Assembly: GCA_904424815.1 (NCBI GenBank)
Contig: CAJGBI010000001.1
Location: forward strand, 1,227,671 to 1,259,670
Source of the DNA: Puniceicoccaceae bacterium Marseille-Q1082
Lineage (GTDB): Bacteria > Verrucomicrobiota > Verrucomicrobiia > Opitutales > Intestinicryptomonadaceae
Direction: 5' to 3'
Length of the DNA stretch: 32,000 nt
In this document: positions 8,682 through 18,542 of the stretch, piece by piece
How the letters are laid out: every line of letters begins with the position of its first letter
Position numbering within the stretch: the first letter of the stretch is position 1
Notes under the pieces: model-generated
Database searches by the model: none
Told to the model about the DNA's origin: nothing
The model's input: only the letters and a program-made list of their open reading frames with translations
Program-made: the position numbers and the translations under genes

Positions 8682-9920
8682 GTGCCGGCCCGCTACTACA
8701 TGGGCGGCGTTTGCGGCATGGGAATGGCGCCGCTTGCCGCGTTTCTCGCCGACGAGGGCAACGCCGTCGAGGGCTTCGACGACTCCCCCAACCCGGAGCT
8801 GCGCGAGCGCCTTGAAAACCTGGGAGTGAGGTTCCGCCCGCCGTCCGGAAGATATGACAGGGTCGTGGTAAGCACCGCCCTCTGGCGCAGGCGCGGGGAA
8901 TTTGCCGCCTTCTGCGGCCCCGGGGGCGTAGCGCGGCGCGGAGAATGCTGGGCGGATCTCTGCGCCCCCAGAAAACTTACGGCCATTGTGGGCAGCCACG
9001 GCAAGAGCACGGTCAGCGCGCTTCTGGCGCACGCGATAAACCGGCTCTCGCTCGACTGCGGGTATCTCGTGGGCGCAATTCCAAACGGGTTCGCCATGCA
9101 CGGATACTGCGCCGCCGGAAAGCCCATAGTTTCAGAAATCGACGAGAGCGACGCGACGATAGAATACTTTTCTCCGGAAGTCGCCGTCGCGCTAAACGCC
9201 GACCTCGACCACACCGACACCTACGCCGACGACCGGAAGCTCGGCGAGATGTTCGAGCGGCTGTTTTCGAGGACGCGCAGGCTCGTAATATACCCCGAGG
9301 GCGACGAAATTCTCTCGCGGGCTGCCGCGCGCGCCCAGACTCCCTCCATAGCCGTGAAGGCCGCCGGAGACTATTTTGAAAAAAACGCGGCAATGGCGCT
9401 CGCCGCCCTGCGCGCGACTTTCCCGAACGGCTCGTTCGCCCCGTCCGCCTTCGGAGGGTTCGCGGGGCTCCAGCGGCGCGGCGAAAAGATTTTCGACGAC
9501 GGGAAAGTTTTCGCGATTTCCGACTACGCCCACCACCCCAACGAAGTCGGGGCGTTCCTGCGGAGCTTCCTGCCGCAATCCGGCGCCGAAACCGACGTGT
9601 TTTTCCAGCCCCACAGGTACACGCGCACGCGGAGGTTCGCCGCGGACTTCGCAAAAATCCTGTCGGAGGCCGAAACGGCCGGCGCGCGGGTTTTCGTCCT
9701 GCCCGTCTACGCGGCGAGCGAAATTCCGGATCCGCTCGGCGAGAGCTCCGAAATAATCAAAAACGCCCCGAAAGGCTCCCAAATAAAACTTGCCGAACCC
9801 TGCGATTTTTTCAGAATCGCAAAAGCCGCGCTCGAAGGCGGAAAGCCGAGGCGCATAGCGCTCGTGGGCGCGGGCGACTTCCACTTCGCGGCGAAGAAAT
9901 TTTTTGCGCAGATAAAATGA
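8682..9920 (+). CDS. murC: UDP-N-acetylmuramate--L-alanine ligase MurC
   Basis: GTG at 8682 is preceded by GGGGAG 9 nt upstream; ATG 8700 is an alternative start. N-terminal YYMGGVCGMGMAPLAAFL Rossmann motif, P-loop GSHGKSTVSALL, and EIDESD motif. Position after murG. Confidence 0.8.
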   Translation: MPARYYMGGVCGMGMAPLAAFLADEGNAVEGFDDSPNPELRERLENLGVRFRPPSGRYDRVVVSTALWRRRGEFAAFCGPGGVARRGECWADLCAPRKLTAIVGSHGKSTVSALLAHAINRLSLDCGYLVGAIPNGFAMHGYCAAGKPIVSEIDESDATIEYFSPEVAVALNADLDHTDTYADDRKLGEMFERLFSRTRRLVIYPEGDEILSRAAARAQTPSIAVKAAGDYFEKNAAMALAALRATFPNGSFAPSAFGGFAGLQRRGEKIFDDGKVFAISDYAHHPNEVGAFLRSFLPQSGAETDVFFQPHRYTRTRRFAADFAKILSEAETAGARVFVLPVYAASEIPDPLGESSEIIKNAPKGSQIKLAEPCDFFRIAKAALEGGKPRRIALVGAGDFHFAAKKFFAQIK

Positions 9921-10846
9921 ATCCCAAAATCGCAGTATTCAGCGGCGGGATCTCCCCCGAACGCGAAGTGTCGCTCGTAAGCGGCGAAAACGTATTCAAG
10001 GCGCTGTCGAAGAAATTCGACGCCGTATCCGTTAGGCTTGACGAAAACGCCCTGCCCTCCGGCATCGACCCTGACGAATACGTAATCTTTCCCGCGATGC
10101 ACGGGGACTACGGCGAGGACGGCACTCTGCAGGGGCAGCTCGACGCCGCGGGATTCGAATACGCCGGATGCGGCAGCCTGTCGAGCCGCGCGTGCATGGT
10201 TAAGCCGGCGGCCAAGGCGCTGTTGGCATTCGCGGGCCTGCCGGTGGCCAGATCGATAGAATTTCGGGCATGCGAAAAACCCTCTGCGGGCGCGCTCGCC
10301 GCTCTCTTCCCGGGCGGGTGCGTCGTGAAGCCCGCGGACAAGGGCAGCAGCGTGGGGCTCTCCGTGGCGCGGGACTCCGCCGGAGCGGAAAAAGCCCTGT
10401 CCGGAATCGAAAGCGGCTCGTGGATGGCGGAGGAGCTCGTCAAAGGCCGCGAATTTTCAATCGGCGTGATATTCGGGCGCGCCGCCGGAGTCGTCGAGAT
10501 AATCCCCGACGGCGGGATTTACGACTACAAGCGCAAATACACCGCGGGCTCCACGCGCTACGTCTACCCCGCCGAAATTCCGGAGCGCGCGGCTTCGGCG
10601 ATGCGCGCCGCGGCGGAAGGCGCCTTTCGGGCGTGCGGCTGCCGGGACTTCGCGCGCGTGGACTTCATCGCCGCCGACGCCGATAGGCCGGATTTCGCCA
10701 TACTCGAAATAAACACCCTCCCGGGCATGACCCCGACGAGCCTGCTTCCCAAAAGCGCCTCGTGCGCGGGTTACAGTTTTGAATCCCTCTGCGAAACGCT
10801 CGTGGGGGGGGCTGTAAAAAGGTTTTTGGCCAGGACAAAAAGGTAA
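9917..10846 (+). CDS. ddl: D-alanine--D-alanine ligase
   Basis: 309 aa with EREVSLVSG, HGDYGEDGTLQG, VKPADKGSSVGL and EINTLPGMT (ATP-grasp Ddl signatures). ATGA overlap with the murC stop. Confidence 0.9.
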   Translation: MNPKIAVFSGGISPEREVSLVSGENVFKALSKKFDAVSVRLDENALPSGIDPDEYVIFPAMHGDYGEDGTLQGQLDAAGFEYAGCGSLSSRACMVKPAAKALLAFAGLPVARSIEFRACEKPSAGALAALFPGGCVVKPADKGSSVGLSVARDSAGAEKALSGIESGSWMAEELVKGREFSIGVIFGRAAGVVEIIPDGGIYDYKRKYTAGSTRYVYPAEIPERAASAMRAAAEGAFRACGCRDFARVDFIAADADRPDFAILEINTLPGMTPTSLLPKSASCAGYSFESLCETLVGGAVKRFLARTKR

Positions 10847-11745
10847 TGCCAAAAAAACCGGCAGCAAAAAAAGCCTCCACATGGCGCGACCTCAAATCCG
10901 ACGGCGGGAAAAGGCGCCGGAAGATACCGCTGTCGCTGCGCGCCAAGCTGCGGGTTGTCTGGCTGTGGGCGCGCGCGGCTCTCGCGCTCGCGGCGCTCGG
11001 GGGCCTTGGATACGGCGCGTACTTCCTGTACCAAAACGCATTCATCGAAGACATCTTCGCCCCGAAAGACGCGCGCATAAAGCGCATAGAATTTAAAACA
11101 GACGGGCTCGCAACCGCCGAATGGCTCAAAAGCTACCTGAAAATTCCGCCCGACGCCCGCCTCGGCGACGTCAATATTTTCGCGGTAAAAAGCGCGCTCG
11201 AATCCCTGTCGCAAATTGAATCGGCGTCTGTGGAGCGCGCATATCCGGACGCGCTGAAAATCACCCTGACTGAGCTAAAGCCCTTTATGAAGCTCTTTGC
11301 GGACGTCTCCGGAAAGCGGAAAATTTTCATAATGTCGCCCGACGGCAGGTTCTTCGAGCCCTCGTGCGTCCCGCCCGAAATGATAGACGCCATGCCCAGG
11401 CTCGACGGCTGGGCGCCGCGCTTCGACGGCGCGGTTCCGCAGCCCTGCAAGTTCGCTCCGGAAATCGCCGGATTTCTCGGCGCGGCGCACGCAGCCCTCC
11501 CCGCGGTTGCGCGCGGCTGGAAGAGCATAGACGTGTCAGACCTCGGAAGCCTCACCCTGCCCCTGCTGAAAGTCGTCGACGCCTCCGGAATGGAGATAAT
11601 CTTCGCCCCGAAAGACTACAAAAAACAGTTCGGGAGGCTCGAATATATCTTGCGTTATCAGAGGGAAAACCCTTTAACAGTCATAAAGCGCATAGACCTG
11701 TCGATAAAGGGGTGGGCGCCAGTAAAAATCAAGACGACCAAATGA
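10846..11745 (+). CDS. ftsQ: cell division protein FtsQ (POTRA domain)
   Basis: Basic N-terminus, a single TM segment (VVWLWARAALALAALGGLGYGAYFLY), then a POTRA-like IKRIEFKTDG... segment. TAATG overlap with ddl, and position before ftsA. Confidence 0.75.
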   Translation: MPKKPAAKKASTWRDLKSDGGKRRRKIPLSLRAKLRVVWLWARAALALAALGGLGYGAYFLYQNAFIEDIFAPKDARIKRIEFKTDGLATAEWLKSYLKIPPDARLGDVNIFAVKSALESLSQIESASVERAYPDALKITLTELKPFMKLFADVSGKRKIFIMSPDGRFFEPSCVPPEMIDAMPRLDGWAPRFDGAVPQPCKFAPEIAGFLGAAHAALPAVARGWKSIDVSDLGSLTLPLLKVVDASGMEIIFAPKDYKKQFGRLEYILRYQRENPLTVIKRIDLSIKGWAPVKIKTTK

Positions 11746-12944
11746 GCGACAGCAAGACAATAACGGCGTTGGAAATCGGCACCGGAAAGATGCAGGTTTT
11801 CATCGGCGAGATAGTGGACGGCAAAATGCTCAACCTCGTTGGCGTCGGGCAGGCGGCCACCGACGGCGTGAAAAAGGCGGACATCATCGACGTGAAAAAG
11901 GCAGCCGAGCAGGCTCAAACGGCCATAGTCATGGCGGAGCGCTCCTGTTCGGCGCGGATAAAGTCCGTGTGCCTCGGCATAAGCGGAACCCACATACAAG
12001 GCTTCAGAAACATAGGGTCGGCGAACGTTGCGGGCTCCGACGGCATAGTCCGCAAGAGCGACGTTGACCGCGCAAAGGAGGACGCAAAGAGCAAGGCGCT
12101 GCCCGACGGCAGAAGCTATATACACAGGATCTGCTGCGGGTTCTACCTCGACGACGAAAGGTATTGCGTCGACCCCGTCGGCGAGCGCGCCTCGAAGATA
12201 GCGGCGGAATACTGGATGATGCACGGCGACAGCGAAAAAATCCTCACGGCCATGCACGTGGTTCATAGCTTCGGAATGGAGGTGGAATACCTCGTGTTCT
12301 CGGGGCTCGCCTCCGCGATGGCGGCGTCTTCTCCGGTCCAGAAGGAGAACGGGGTGCTGGTCGTGGACATCGGCTGCGGGACGAGCGACTACGCTTTCTA
12401 CAAAAACGGCATTCCCGTGCAGGCGGGCGTAATCCCGATAGGCGGCGACCACATCACCAACGACCTCTCGTTCGGAATACGGCTGAGCCGGAAAAATTCC
12501 GAGCGCATTAAGACCCGCTTCGGAAAGGCGATAATTACCGAAGACGAGCGCAACGTCAAATTCTGGAGCCTCGGCGACAGGCAGATCGGCGACAGAAAAA
12601 TTCCGTTGGAGGCCATAAACAAAGTCATACGCGCGCGCCTGGAAGAGCTGTTTTTGCTGCTGCGCCAGGACATGATAGACCACTTTTCGGAGGGCTCGGT
12701 CAACGAGGTCGTCCTGACGGGCGGAACGTCGAAGCTCAACGGGATATGCGAGCTCGCCGAAGCCGTGCTCGAACGCCCGTGCTCGCTCGGCAAATTCCCG
12801 CCGTCGGTCGCCGAAAACCTGCGCCACCAGGAATTCTCAACCGCGCTCGGGCTGCTCGAATACGCCAGGATGAAGGAGACGAGCGGCGGCTCGAAGAGCG
12901 GGAACTCCATAACCGACAAAATCGCAAAATTTTTTAAAATCTGA
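11742..12944 (+). CDS. ftsA: cell division protein FtsA
   Basis: Start set to ATG 11742 (ATGA overlap with the ftsQ stop). Actin-fold motifs ALEIGTGKM, VVDIGCGTSDY, IPIGGDHITNDL and LTGGTSKLNG. Confidence 0.88.
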   Translation: MSDSKTITALEIGTGKMQVFIGEIVDGKMLNLVGVGQAATDGVKKADIIDVKKAAEQAQTAIVMAERSCSARIKSVCLGISGTHIQGFRNIGSANVAGSDGIVRKSDVDRAKEDAKSKALPDGRSYIHRICCGFYLDDERYCVDPVGERASKIAAEYWMMHGDSEKILTAMHVVHSFGMEVEYLVFSGLASAMAASSPVQKENGVLVVDIGCGTSDYAFYKNGIPVQAGVIPIGGDHITNDLSFGIRLSRKNSERIKTRFGKAIITEDERNVKFWSLGDRQIGDRKIPLEAINKVIRARLEELFLLLRQDMIDHFSEGSVNEVVLTGGTSKLNGICELAEAVLERPCSLGKFPPSVAENLRHQEFSTALGLLEYARMKETSGGSKSGNSITDKIAKFFKI

Positions 12945-14233
12945 TGCAGACGGAAACCGGACAGAAGCTTTCAATCCGCGTCGCGGGCGTCGGGGGCGCG
13001 GGCGTGAAAATCGCCGCCGCCCTATGCGCCGCGGGTTGCGGAGGCGCGGATATTGCGGCCGTTGACACCGACGAAGCCTCCCTGCGCGACTGCCCTGTCG
13101 AAAACGCCGCCTGCGTCGGCAAGACGGCAACCGGCGGAATGGGCTCCGGAGGGGATCCGGCGACCGCGAAGGAGGCCGCCATATCAGACCTCGCCGCGCT
13201 CAAGCGCATCGCCTCGGGCGCGGACGTATTCATCTGCGTCGCCGGCCTCGGCGGCGGAACCGGCAGCGTAATCGCGCCGATACTCGCAAAGCTCGCGGCG
13301 GAAAACGGCGCAAAGCTCGTAATTTCATTCTCCCTGATGCCGCTATCGGTCGAGGGGGTCGACAAGTCGTCGCTCGCCGAGCGCTCGGTGCGCTACATGC
13401 GCAAGGTATGCGACGCCGCCGCCGCCCTGCCCAACGACATAATCCTCGCGCGCTCCGCCCTGCCGGTAAAGGCGGCGTTTGAAGCCGCAAACATGTACGC
13501 CGTATCCGCAATAGGCGAGATATGCGCCATGCTCCTCAACAGGGGCGTGGTCAACATAGGAATCCCGTCTTTCAAAAAGGCGTTTTTCCAGAAAGGCTTG
13601 CCGACTTTCTTCGGCATAGGCTGCGGGAAGGGCGCAAACGCCGTCGGAGACGCCGCGGCGGAACTCGCCTCCTCCCCTCTCCTGGGCGGAGGGGCTGCGG
13701 GCCTCAACGCCGAAAGCCTCATGATTTCCCTCGTCTGCGGGGAGGATTTCGAGATGAATAAAATGCAGTCCCTGCTCGAAACGGTATCGCAGGCCTTCGG
13801 CGTGCGCGAGCGGATTTGCTTCGGGGCGTCCGTGGACAAGTCGATGCAGGGGCGCATAAGAGTCTGCGCCATGGGCCTTGCCGGCAATCCGGAGCGCGCT
13901 CCTCAGGCGCCCGGCGCCGCCTCCAAACCGCCCGCGGCACCCCGCGCTACGGCGGAGCTTGCGGGCGCGGGCAAAAACCCGCCGGAGGGCGAGGAATCCG
14001 CAGCGAGCAGTAGAGAGGAGCCCAAACCGAAAAAATCGCGCGGATTTTTCAGCTTCGTGCGCCCGAAAGCCAAACCGGCCCCCCGCGAACCCGGGGCGGA
14101 ACAGTCGGAGTTCAAATTCGTCGAGATGTCGGAACAGCGCGGATTTTTCGAGGACACGCCCGTGAATATGCGCAAGGGCGAGGATCTCGACGTGCCGACT
14201 TTCATGCGCAGAAACATAAAAATAAACTTATAG
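12944..14233 (+). CDS. ftsZ: divergent FtsZ homologue
   Basis: TGATG overlap with ftsA. N-terminal IRVAGVGGAGVKIA, tubulin-signature variant GLGGGTGSV (13244-13270), AVDTD and LPND motifs. A P/A-rich linker is followed by the conserved C-terminal peptide DLDVPTFMRRN. It is clearly more divergent than typical FtsZ (see findings). Confidence 0.8.
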   Translation: MQTETGQKLSIRVAGVGGAGVKIAAALCAAGCGGADIAAVDTDEASLRDCPVENAACVGKTATGGMGSGGDPATAKEAAISDLAALKRIASGADVFICVAGLGGGTGSVIAPILAKLAAENGAKLVISFSLMPLSVEGVDKSSLAERSVRYMRKVCDAAAALPNDIILARSALPVKAAFEAANMYAVSAIGEICAMLLNRGVVNIGIPSFKKAFFQKGLPTFFGIGCGKGANAVGDAAAELASSPLLGGGAAGLNAESLMISLVCGEDFEMNKMQSLLETVSQAFGVRERICFGASVDKSMQGRIRVCAMGLAGNPERAPQAPGAASKPPAAPRATAELAGAGKNPPEGEESAASSREEPKPKKSRGFFSFVRPKAKPAPREPGAEQSEFKFVEMSEQRGFFEDTPVNMRKGEDLDVPTFMRRNIKINL

Positions 14234-14241
14234 ATTTTACC

Positions 14242-15564
14242 ATGAAAAAGAAAATATACCCCATACTGGCGGCGATAACCGCGATAGCGGCGTTCGCCTT
14301 TGCGGAAACGCAATCGGACGGAGACTTGAAAATGCGCCTCAAAGCCTCGCGCGACGGCTCGCTCTACAAAATGGGCGAACCCGCGGAGTTCGTCCTCGAA
14401 ATATCCAACGGCGACAAGCCGCAGGGCGGAATCCGCTTCTGGAGCAGCGTCAGCAAAGACGGCGCAAGCCCCGTTGTCTCGAACCGCGGAATAACCGACA
14501 AAGACGGGAAGGCGGTAATCAAGGCCGGCACGCTCAACGAACCCGGGGTTCTCAGGTGCGCGGTCGGCGTCTACAATCCCGAGACTAAAAAGGAAACGCA
14601 GCTTCTTGCCGGCGCCGGATTCGAACTTGAAAAAATCCGCCCCGGGCTGCCCGTACCCGAGGACTTCGCCGAATACTGGAAGGCGCAAAAGAGAATGCTC
14701 TCGGAAATCCCGATGAACGCGGATATGAAAGAGGTTCCGTGCGACAACAAAAACGTGGAGCTCTTTGACATAAAAGCCGACACGTTCAAAGGCCTGCTCA
14801 CCGGCTACTACGCCCGCCCGAAGGGCGCCAAGCCAAAGAGCTGCCCGGCGATTCTCTTCCCGCACGGCGCGGGGGTGAGATCCTCCGGAAAGGGCGCGCC
14901 CGTTGCGTGGGCGGCGCAGGGGTATATCGCGCTCGACTACAACGCGCACGGCATACCCAACGGCAAGTCCAAGGAATTTTACGACGAGCTCGCCAAGAAA
15001 GACCTCAAAGACTACCGCTATATCGGCGCGGACAACCGCGACAACAGCTTCTTCCGCGTCCTATACCTGCGCACGATGAGGGCGCTCGAATTTCTGATGG
15101 AACAGCCCGAATGGGACGGCAAAATCCTTATCGTAAACGGCACGAGCCAAGGTGGCGGGCAGGCGCTCGCCGCCGGCGGGCTATGCGACAAGGTGACGTT
15201 TGTCGCCGCGTTCGTGCCCGCAATGTGCGACCACAACGGGATAGCCGCCGGGCGCGTATGCGGCTGGCCCAACCTGCTGAGGGCCGACAAATACGGCGCG
15301 TACGACAAGAGCGTCTACGAGGCTTCGAGGTATTTTGACGCCGCCAACTTCGCCTCAATGATAAAAGGCGACGCTTTCGTCACGACGGGGCTGCGCGACA
15401 ATGTGTGCCCGCCGAGCTCCGTGTTCGCGGCGTACTCGAATATCAAGAGCCCGAAATCCTTCCGCATAGTCGAGGAAGGCAGCCACGGCGTTCCGCAGGA
15501 GGTCTACGCCGAGGGCGCGGAAAAAATCAAGGAGCACGTAAAGAAGATGCGCTCCAAAAACTGA
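14242..15564 (+). CDS. secreted alpha/beta hydrolase of the acetylxylan esterase / cephalosporin-C deacetylase (AXE1, CE7-like) type
   Basis: Signal peptide MKKKIYPILAAITAIAAFAFA, an N-terminal ~130-aa beta-rich domain, the nucleophile elbow GTSQGGG, and C-terminal EGSHG. The start is 8 bp after the ftsZ stop. Confidence 0.75.
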   Translation: MKKKIYPILAAITAIAAFAFAETQSDGDLKMRLKASRDGSLYKMGEPAEFVLEISNGDKPQGGIRFWSSVSKDGASPVVSNRGITDKDGKAVIKAGTLNEPGVLRCAVGVYNPETKKETQLLAGAGFELEKIRPGLPVPEDFAEYWKAQKRMLSEIPMNADMKEVPCDNKNVELFDIKADTFKGLLTGYYARPKGAKPKSCPAILFPHGAGVRSSGKGAPVAWAAQGYIALDYNAHGIPNGKSKEFYDELAKKDLKDYRYIGADNRDNSFFRVLYLRTMRALEFLMEQPEWDGKILIVNGTSQGGGQALAAGGLCDKVTFVAAFVPAMCDHNGIAAGRVCGWPNLLRADKYGAYDKSVYEASRYFDAANFASMIKGDAFVTTGLRDNVCPPSSVFAAYSNIKSPKSFRIVEEGSHGVPQEVYAEGAEKIKEHVKKMRSKN

Positions 15565-15596
15565 CGCGCTTCCCGCATTTCGGAAACAGCGTTGAA

Positions 15597-15630
15597 AATT
15601 GGGCGCGCGGAGTTTTCCGCGCGCCCAATT
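15597..15630. terminator. bidirectional hairpin between the convergent esterase and purT genes
   Basis: Perfect 15-bp stem AATTGGGCGCGCGGA / TCCGCGCGCCCAATT with loop GTTT. The flanks (GAAAATT...AATTTG) give short A/T tracts on both sides. Confidence 0.6.
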
Positions 15631-15668
15631 TGCGCCTGGCGCGAAAGCCGCGCCGGAGAGCACAGCCG

Positions 15669-16856
15669 CTAAAAAGTTTTTATCTCAAAGTCGGCGAGCA
15701 TTTCGGCGGTCGTAGCGTCGGCGCGCTCCACGGTGTCCGAGCGCGCGAGAAGCACGGCCATGCGCCTGTGCCCGCCCGTCACGCACGGCTTGGAAAATAT
15801 CCGCATGTCGGTATTCGGCCGCGACAAAACTTTGTCCAGCCCGCAATACTCGAGCATTTCGGAGTTCTTCTCGACTACCACCGCCCTGCTCGCCGACGGC
15901 CCGTAAAGCTCTATTTCCGGAATAGGTATTCCGAGTATCGCGCGCGCGTGCAGCGCGAACTCCGAAAGATTCTGCGATATCATAGTCACCATGCCGGTGT
16001 CGTGCGGGCGCGGAGAAACCTCCGAAAACAGAACCTCGTCTCCCCTGACGAACATCTCGACGCCGAAAATCCCGTAGCCGCCGAGGGCGTCGGTTATTTT
16101 CTTCGCGTAATCCTTCGCCCTTTCGAGGGCGAGCGCGCCCATGGGATGCGGCTGCCAGCTCCTGCGGTAGTCGCCCGAGACCTGTTCGTGCCCTATCGGC
16201 GCGCAAAAAGAAGTTCCACCCGAGTGCCGCACCGTCAAAAGCGTGATTTCGTAGTCGAAGTCCACAAACCCCTCTACTATCACCTCGCCTCCGCCCGCGC
16301 GCCCGCCCGTCTGGGAACATTCCCACGCGGCGTCGATTTGGCTTTCGTCGCGCACAGTGCTCTGCCCGTGCCCGGAAGAGCTCATTATCGGCTTCACCAC
16401 GCACGGTATTCCGATCTTCTTCACGGCCTCCAAAAATTCCTCCTTCGTGCCCGCAAAAGCGTAAGGGGAAGTCTTCATTCCGAGCTTTTCCGCCGCAAGC
16501 GTCCTGATCCCCTTGCGGTTCATGGTGAAATTCACTGCTCCCGCCGTGGGCACCACATTGAAGCCCCGCCCTTCGAGCTCCACGAGCTTTTGAGTGGCAA
16601 TAGCCTCGACTTCGGGAATTATGTAGGCAGGGTTCTCCTCGAGCACGACGCGCTCGAGGGCGTCGGCGTCGAGCATGGATATGACGTGCGAGCGGTCGGC
16701 GACCTGCATAGCCGGCGCGTCCGCGTACTTGTCAACCGCGACAACCTCGAGGCCGAGCCGCTTGAGCTCTATTGCGACCTCCCTCCCGAGCTCCCCGCTG
16801 CCGAGCAGCATCGCCTTTGTGGAATTTTTCTTAAAAACAGTGCCTACGTTTGTCAT
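15669..16856 (-). CDS. purT: formate-dependent phosphoribosylglycinamide formyltransferase PurT
   Basis: Near-colinear resemblance to E. coli PurT as I recall it ([37 protein letters not shown]). Start set to ATG 16856 (MTNVGTVF...), which makes an ATGA overlap with the upstream gene's stop. Confidence 0.93.
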   Translation of the reverse strand: MTNVGTVFKKNSTKAMLLGSGELGREVAIELKRLGLEVVAVDKYADAPAMQVADRSHVISMLDADALERVVLEENPAYIIPEVEAIATQKLVELEGRGFNVVPTAGAVNFTMNRKGIRTLAAEKLGMKTSPYAFAGTKEEFLEAVKKIGIPCVVKPIMSSSGHGQSTVRDESQIDAAWECSQTGGRAGGGEVIVEGFVDFDYEITLLTVRHSGGTSFCAPIGHEQVSGDYRRSWQPHPMGALALERAKDYAKKITDALGGYGIFGVEMFVRGDEVLFSEVSPRPHDTGMVTMISQNLSEFALHARAILGIPIPEIELYGPSASRAVVVEKNSEMLEYCGLDKVLSRPNTDMRIFSKPCVTGGHRRMAVLLARSDTVERADATTAEMLADFEIKTF

Positions 16857-18274
16857 ACCTTTGCCTCGCTTTTTTTGATTTCCCCGCAACCAGCGGACTT
16901 CATTCCAAAATATTCGAGCGTTTCGAGAATCCTGCGCGGATCCAGCCCCCCGCCGCCCGCGGCTTTATAGACGCCCGTCATAAAACGCCTGCGGCGCGAA
17001 GACTCCACCGCGTTGCGCTGCTGCGCTCCGAGAGCGAAAGCCTCAATGTCGGCCGCGGCGGAGTCGTCGAACACGATGTTTATGTCGGGGTACGAGAGAG
17101 AGAGCTTCCCGAAAAACCTAAGGCGCGGAAGCCTTCCGAAAACGCGCGGAGGAAGCTCTATAACGGCGTCGGCGCATTCGGGGCGGCGCGACAGGGCAGC
17201 CGCGCACGCGCCGGAGCAAAGCACGCTGACCCGCGCGTCGGGGCGCGATGCGCGCAACGCCGCGAGAATCGGGGCTATGGATTCGGCATCGGAAAAACCG
17301 TCCGGAAGCGTGACGAAAATGGAGCTTTTGCGGGGAAGGCTGTCGAGCCCCATGCGCCGCAAAGAATAGTCCAAAATGCTCTTTCCCCCGCGCAGGCGCA
17401 GGGAAGTCCGCTGGTCGGGATGCGTCCGCCACCGCCTGTGCAGCCAAAGCCAGTCAAAGCGCGCGGTCCGGCTCGATTTGAGCTTGTTTTCAAGCCAGAC
17501 ATTGCCCGAATAGGTGATGTCCTCAATTCCCGAGGCGTCGAGAAATTCCCCGTCAACCTCCGACCGCCAAAACCCCGTGCGCCTGGCGTAAAACACGGCG
17601 ACCCGCGCGCCCGTCTTTTCCGCGAGGATTCCCGCAAGCTCTGAGGTGTGGCACACCCGCCCGAAAAAGAGCGACTCGCACCCCGCCCCGCCCGCGTTCT
17701 GGTCGAACAGCACGGCGACGCAGCCGTTTTCCTTTAAGATCCTCGCAGAGTGAAGAATGCCGTCGCGCCTCGAGAGCATCTCAATGCCGAAACGTTGGCG
17801 GCTCTCCCTGACCCACGCCTCCATTCCGGCGGAATCAAACGGCCTGTAAAACACGCCGACAGCCGGCAGCTTCAAATTTCCCGCCAAAAGCGGAAACATT
17901 GTTATCGTTTCCATCATCGCGAAATGCGGAATCATCAGCACGAGCGGATGGGGGTTTTCCGAATACTTTTCGAGCTCCGCCTTCACCGTGCCGCTCAGCT
18001 TCACGCGCCCCGAAAGCCTCGCAACCGACATGTGGGGGCTCGCGACGACAAACAGCGCCATCTCGACCATGCGCGCGCAAGACTCGTACGCGATTTTCAT
18101 TCTCTCGCGCCGCCCCATTTCGGGGAAGCAATGGTAGATGTTGGAAAACGCGACGCGCGTGCGGCGGTTCGGGAAATAGCATATCAGGAATCCGACGGCC
18201 CTGCAAACGCCGCTCATCACGCACTCGGGAGCGTTTGCAAAGACAAACCCCAATATCGAAAGAAGAAATTTCAT
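16853..18274 (-). CDS. lipid A biosynthesis (LpxL/HtrB-family) acyltransferase fused to a C-terminal segment resembling the N-terminal half of a family-9 glycosyltransferase
   Basis: Start set to ATG 18274 (MKFLLSILG...). The ORF-track N-terminus (to 18514) reads through the repeat region. The N-terminal ~300 aa carry the PHFAMME (HX4E) motif and the family-typical [14 protein letters not shown] end. The last ~170 aa align by eye with the heptosyltransferase N-domain ([34 protein letters not shown]...ADAVIELP). Confidence 0.75.
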   Translation of the reverse strand: MKFLLSILGFVFANAPECVMSGVCRAVGFLICYFPNRRTRVAFSNIYHCFPEMGRRERMKIAYESCARMVEMALFVVASPHMSVARLSGRVKLSGTVKAELEKYSENPHPLVLMIPHFAMMETITMFPLLAGNLKLPAVGVFYRPFDSAGMEAWVRESRQRFGIEMLSRRDGILHSARILKENGCVAVLFDQNAGGAGCESLFFGRVCHTSELAGILAEKTGARVAVFYARRTGFWRSEVDGEFLDASGIEDITYSGNVWLENKLKSSRTARFDWLWLHRRWRTHPDQRTSLRLRGGKSILDYSLRRMGLDSLPRKSSIFVTLPDGFSDAESIAPILAALRASRPDARVSVLCSGACAAALSRRPECADAVIELPPRVFGRLPRLRFFGKLSLSYPDINIVFDDSAAADIEAFALGAQQRNAVESSRRRRFMTGVYKAAGGGGLDPRRILETLEYFGMKSAGCGEIKKSEAKV

Positions 18275-18512
18275 AAAAATTTCCCGCCATCTTATCCCGC
18301 CGCAAAAAAAATGCAAAAAAAAACGGCCCCCGACGAAGAAATCCCCCGCCCCATCGCCAACCATAAGGTTAAAAACAGAAATCCCAATAAAGCCAAATGG
18401 GCAACGACAGCGCACTGCCATTACAGGCGCGAGGTGCACAGACCATAGAAGGGCGAATCCCCTTGCGAAGATCGGATTCGCCAATGCTTCTATCCCCTTC
18501 CCCGCTCCCCAC

Positions 18513-18542
18513 AAAAAAACGAACCTCCCATGAGAGGTTCGT
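18513..18542 (-). terminator. intrinsic terminator T1 of repeat unit
   Basis: Minus strand: ACGAACCTC-TCATGG-GAGGTTCGT followed by T7. Confidence 0.75.
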
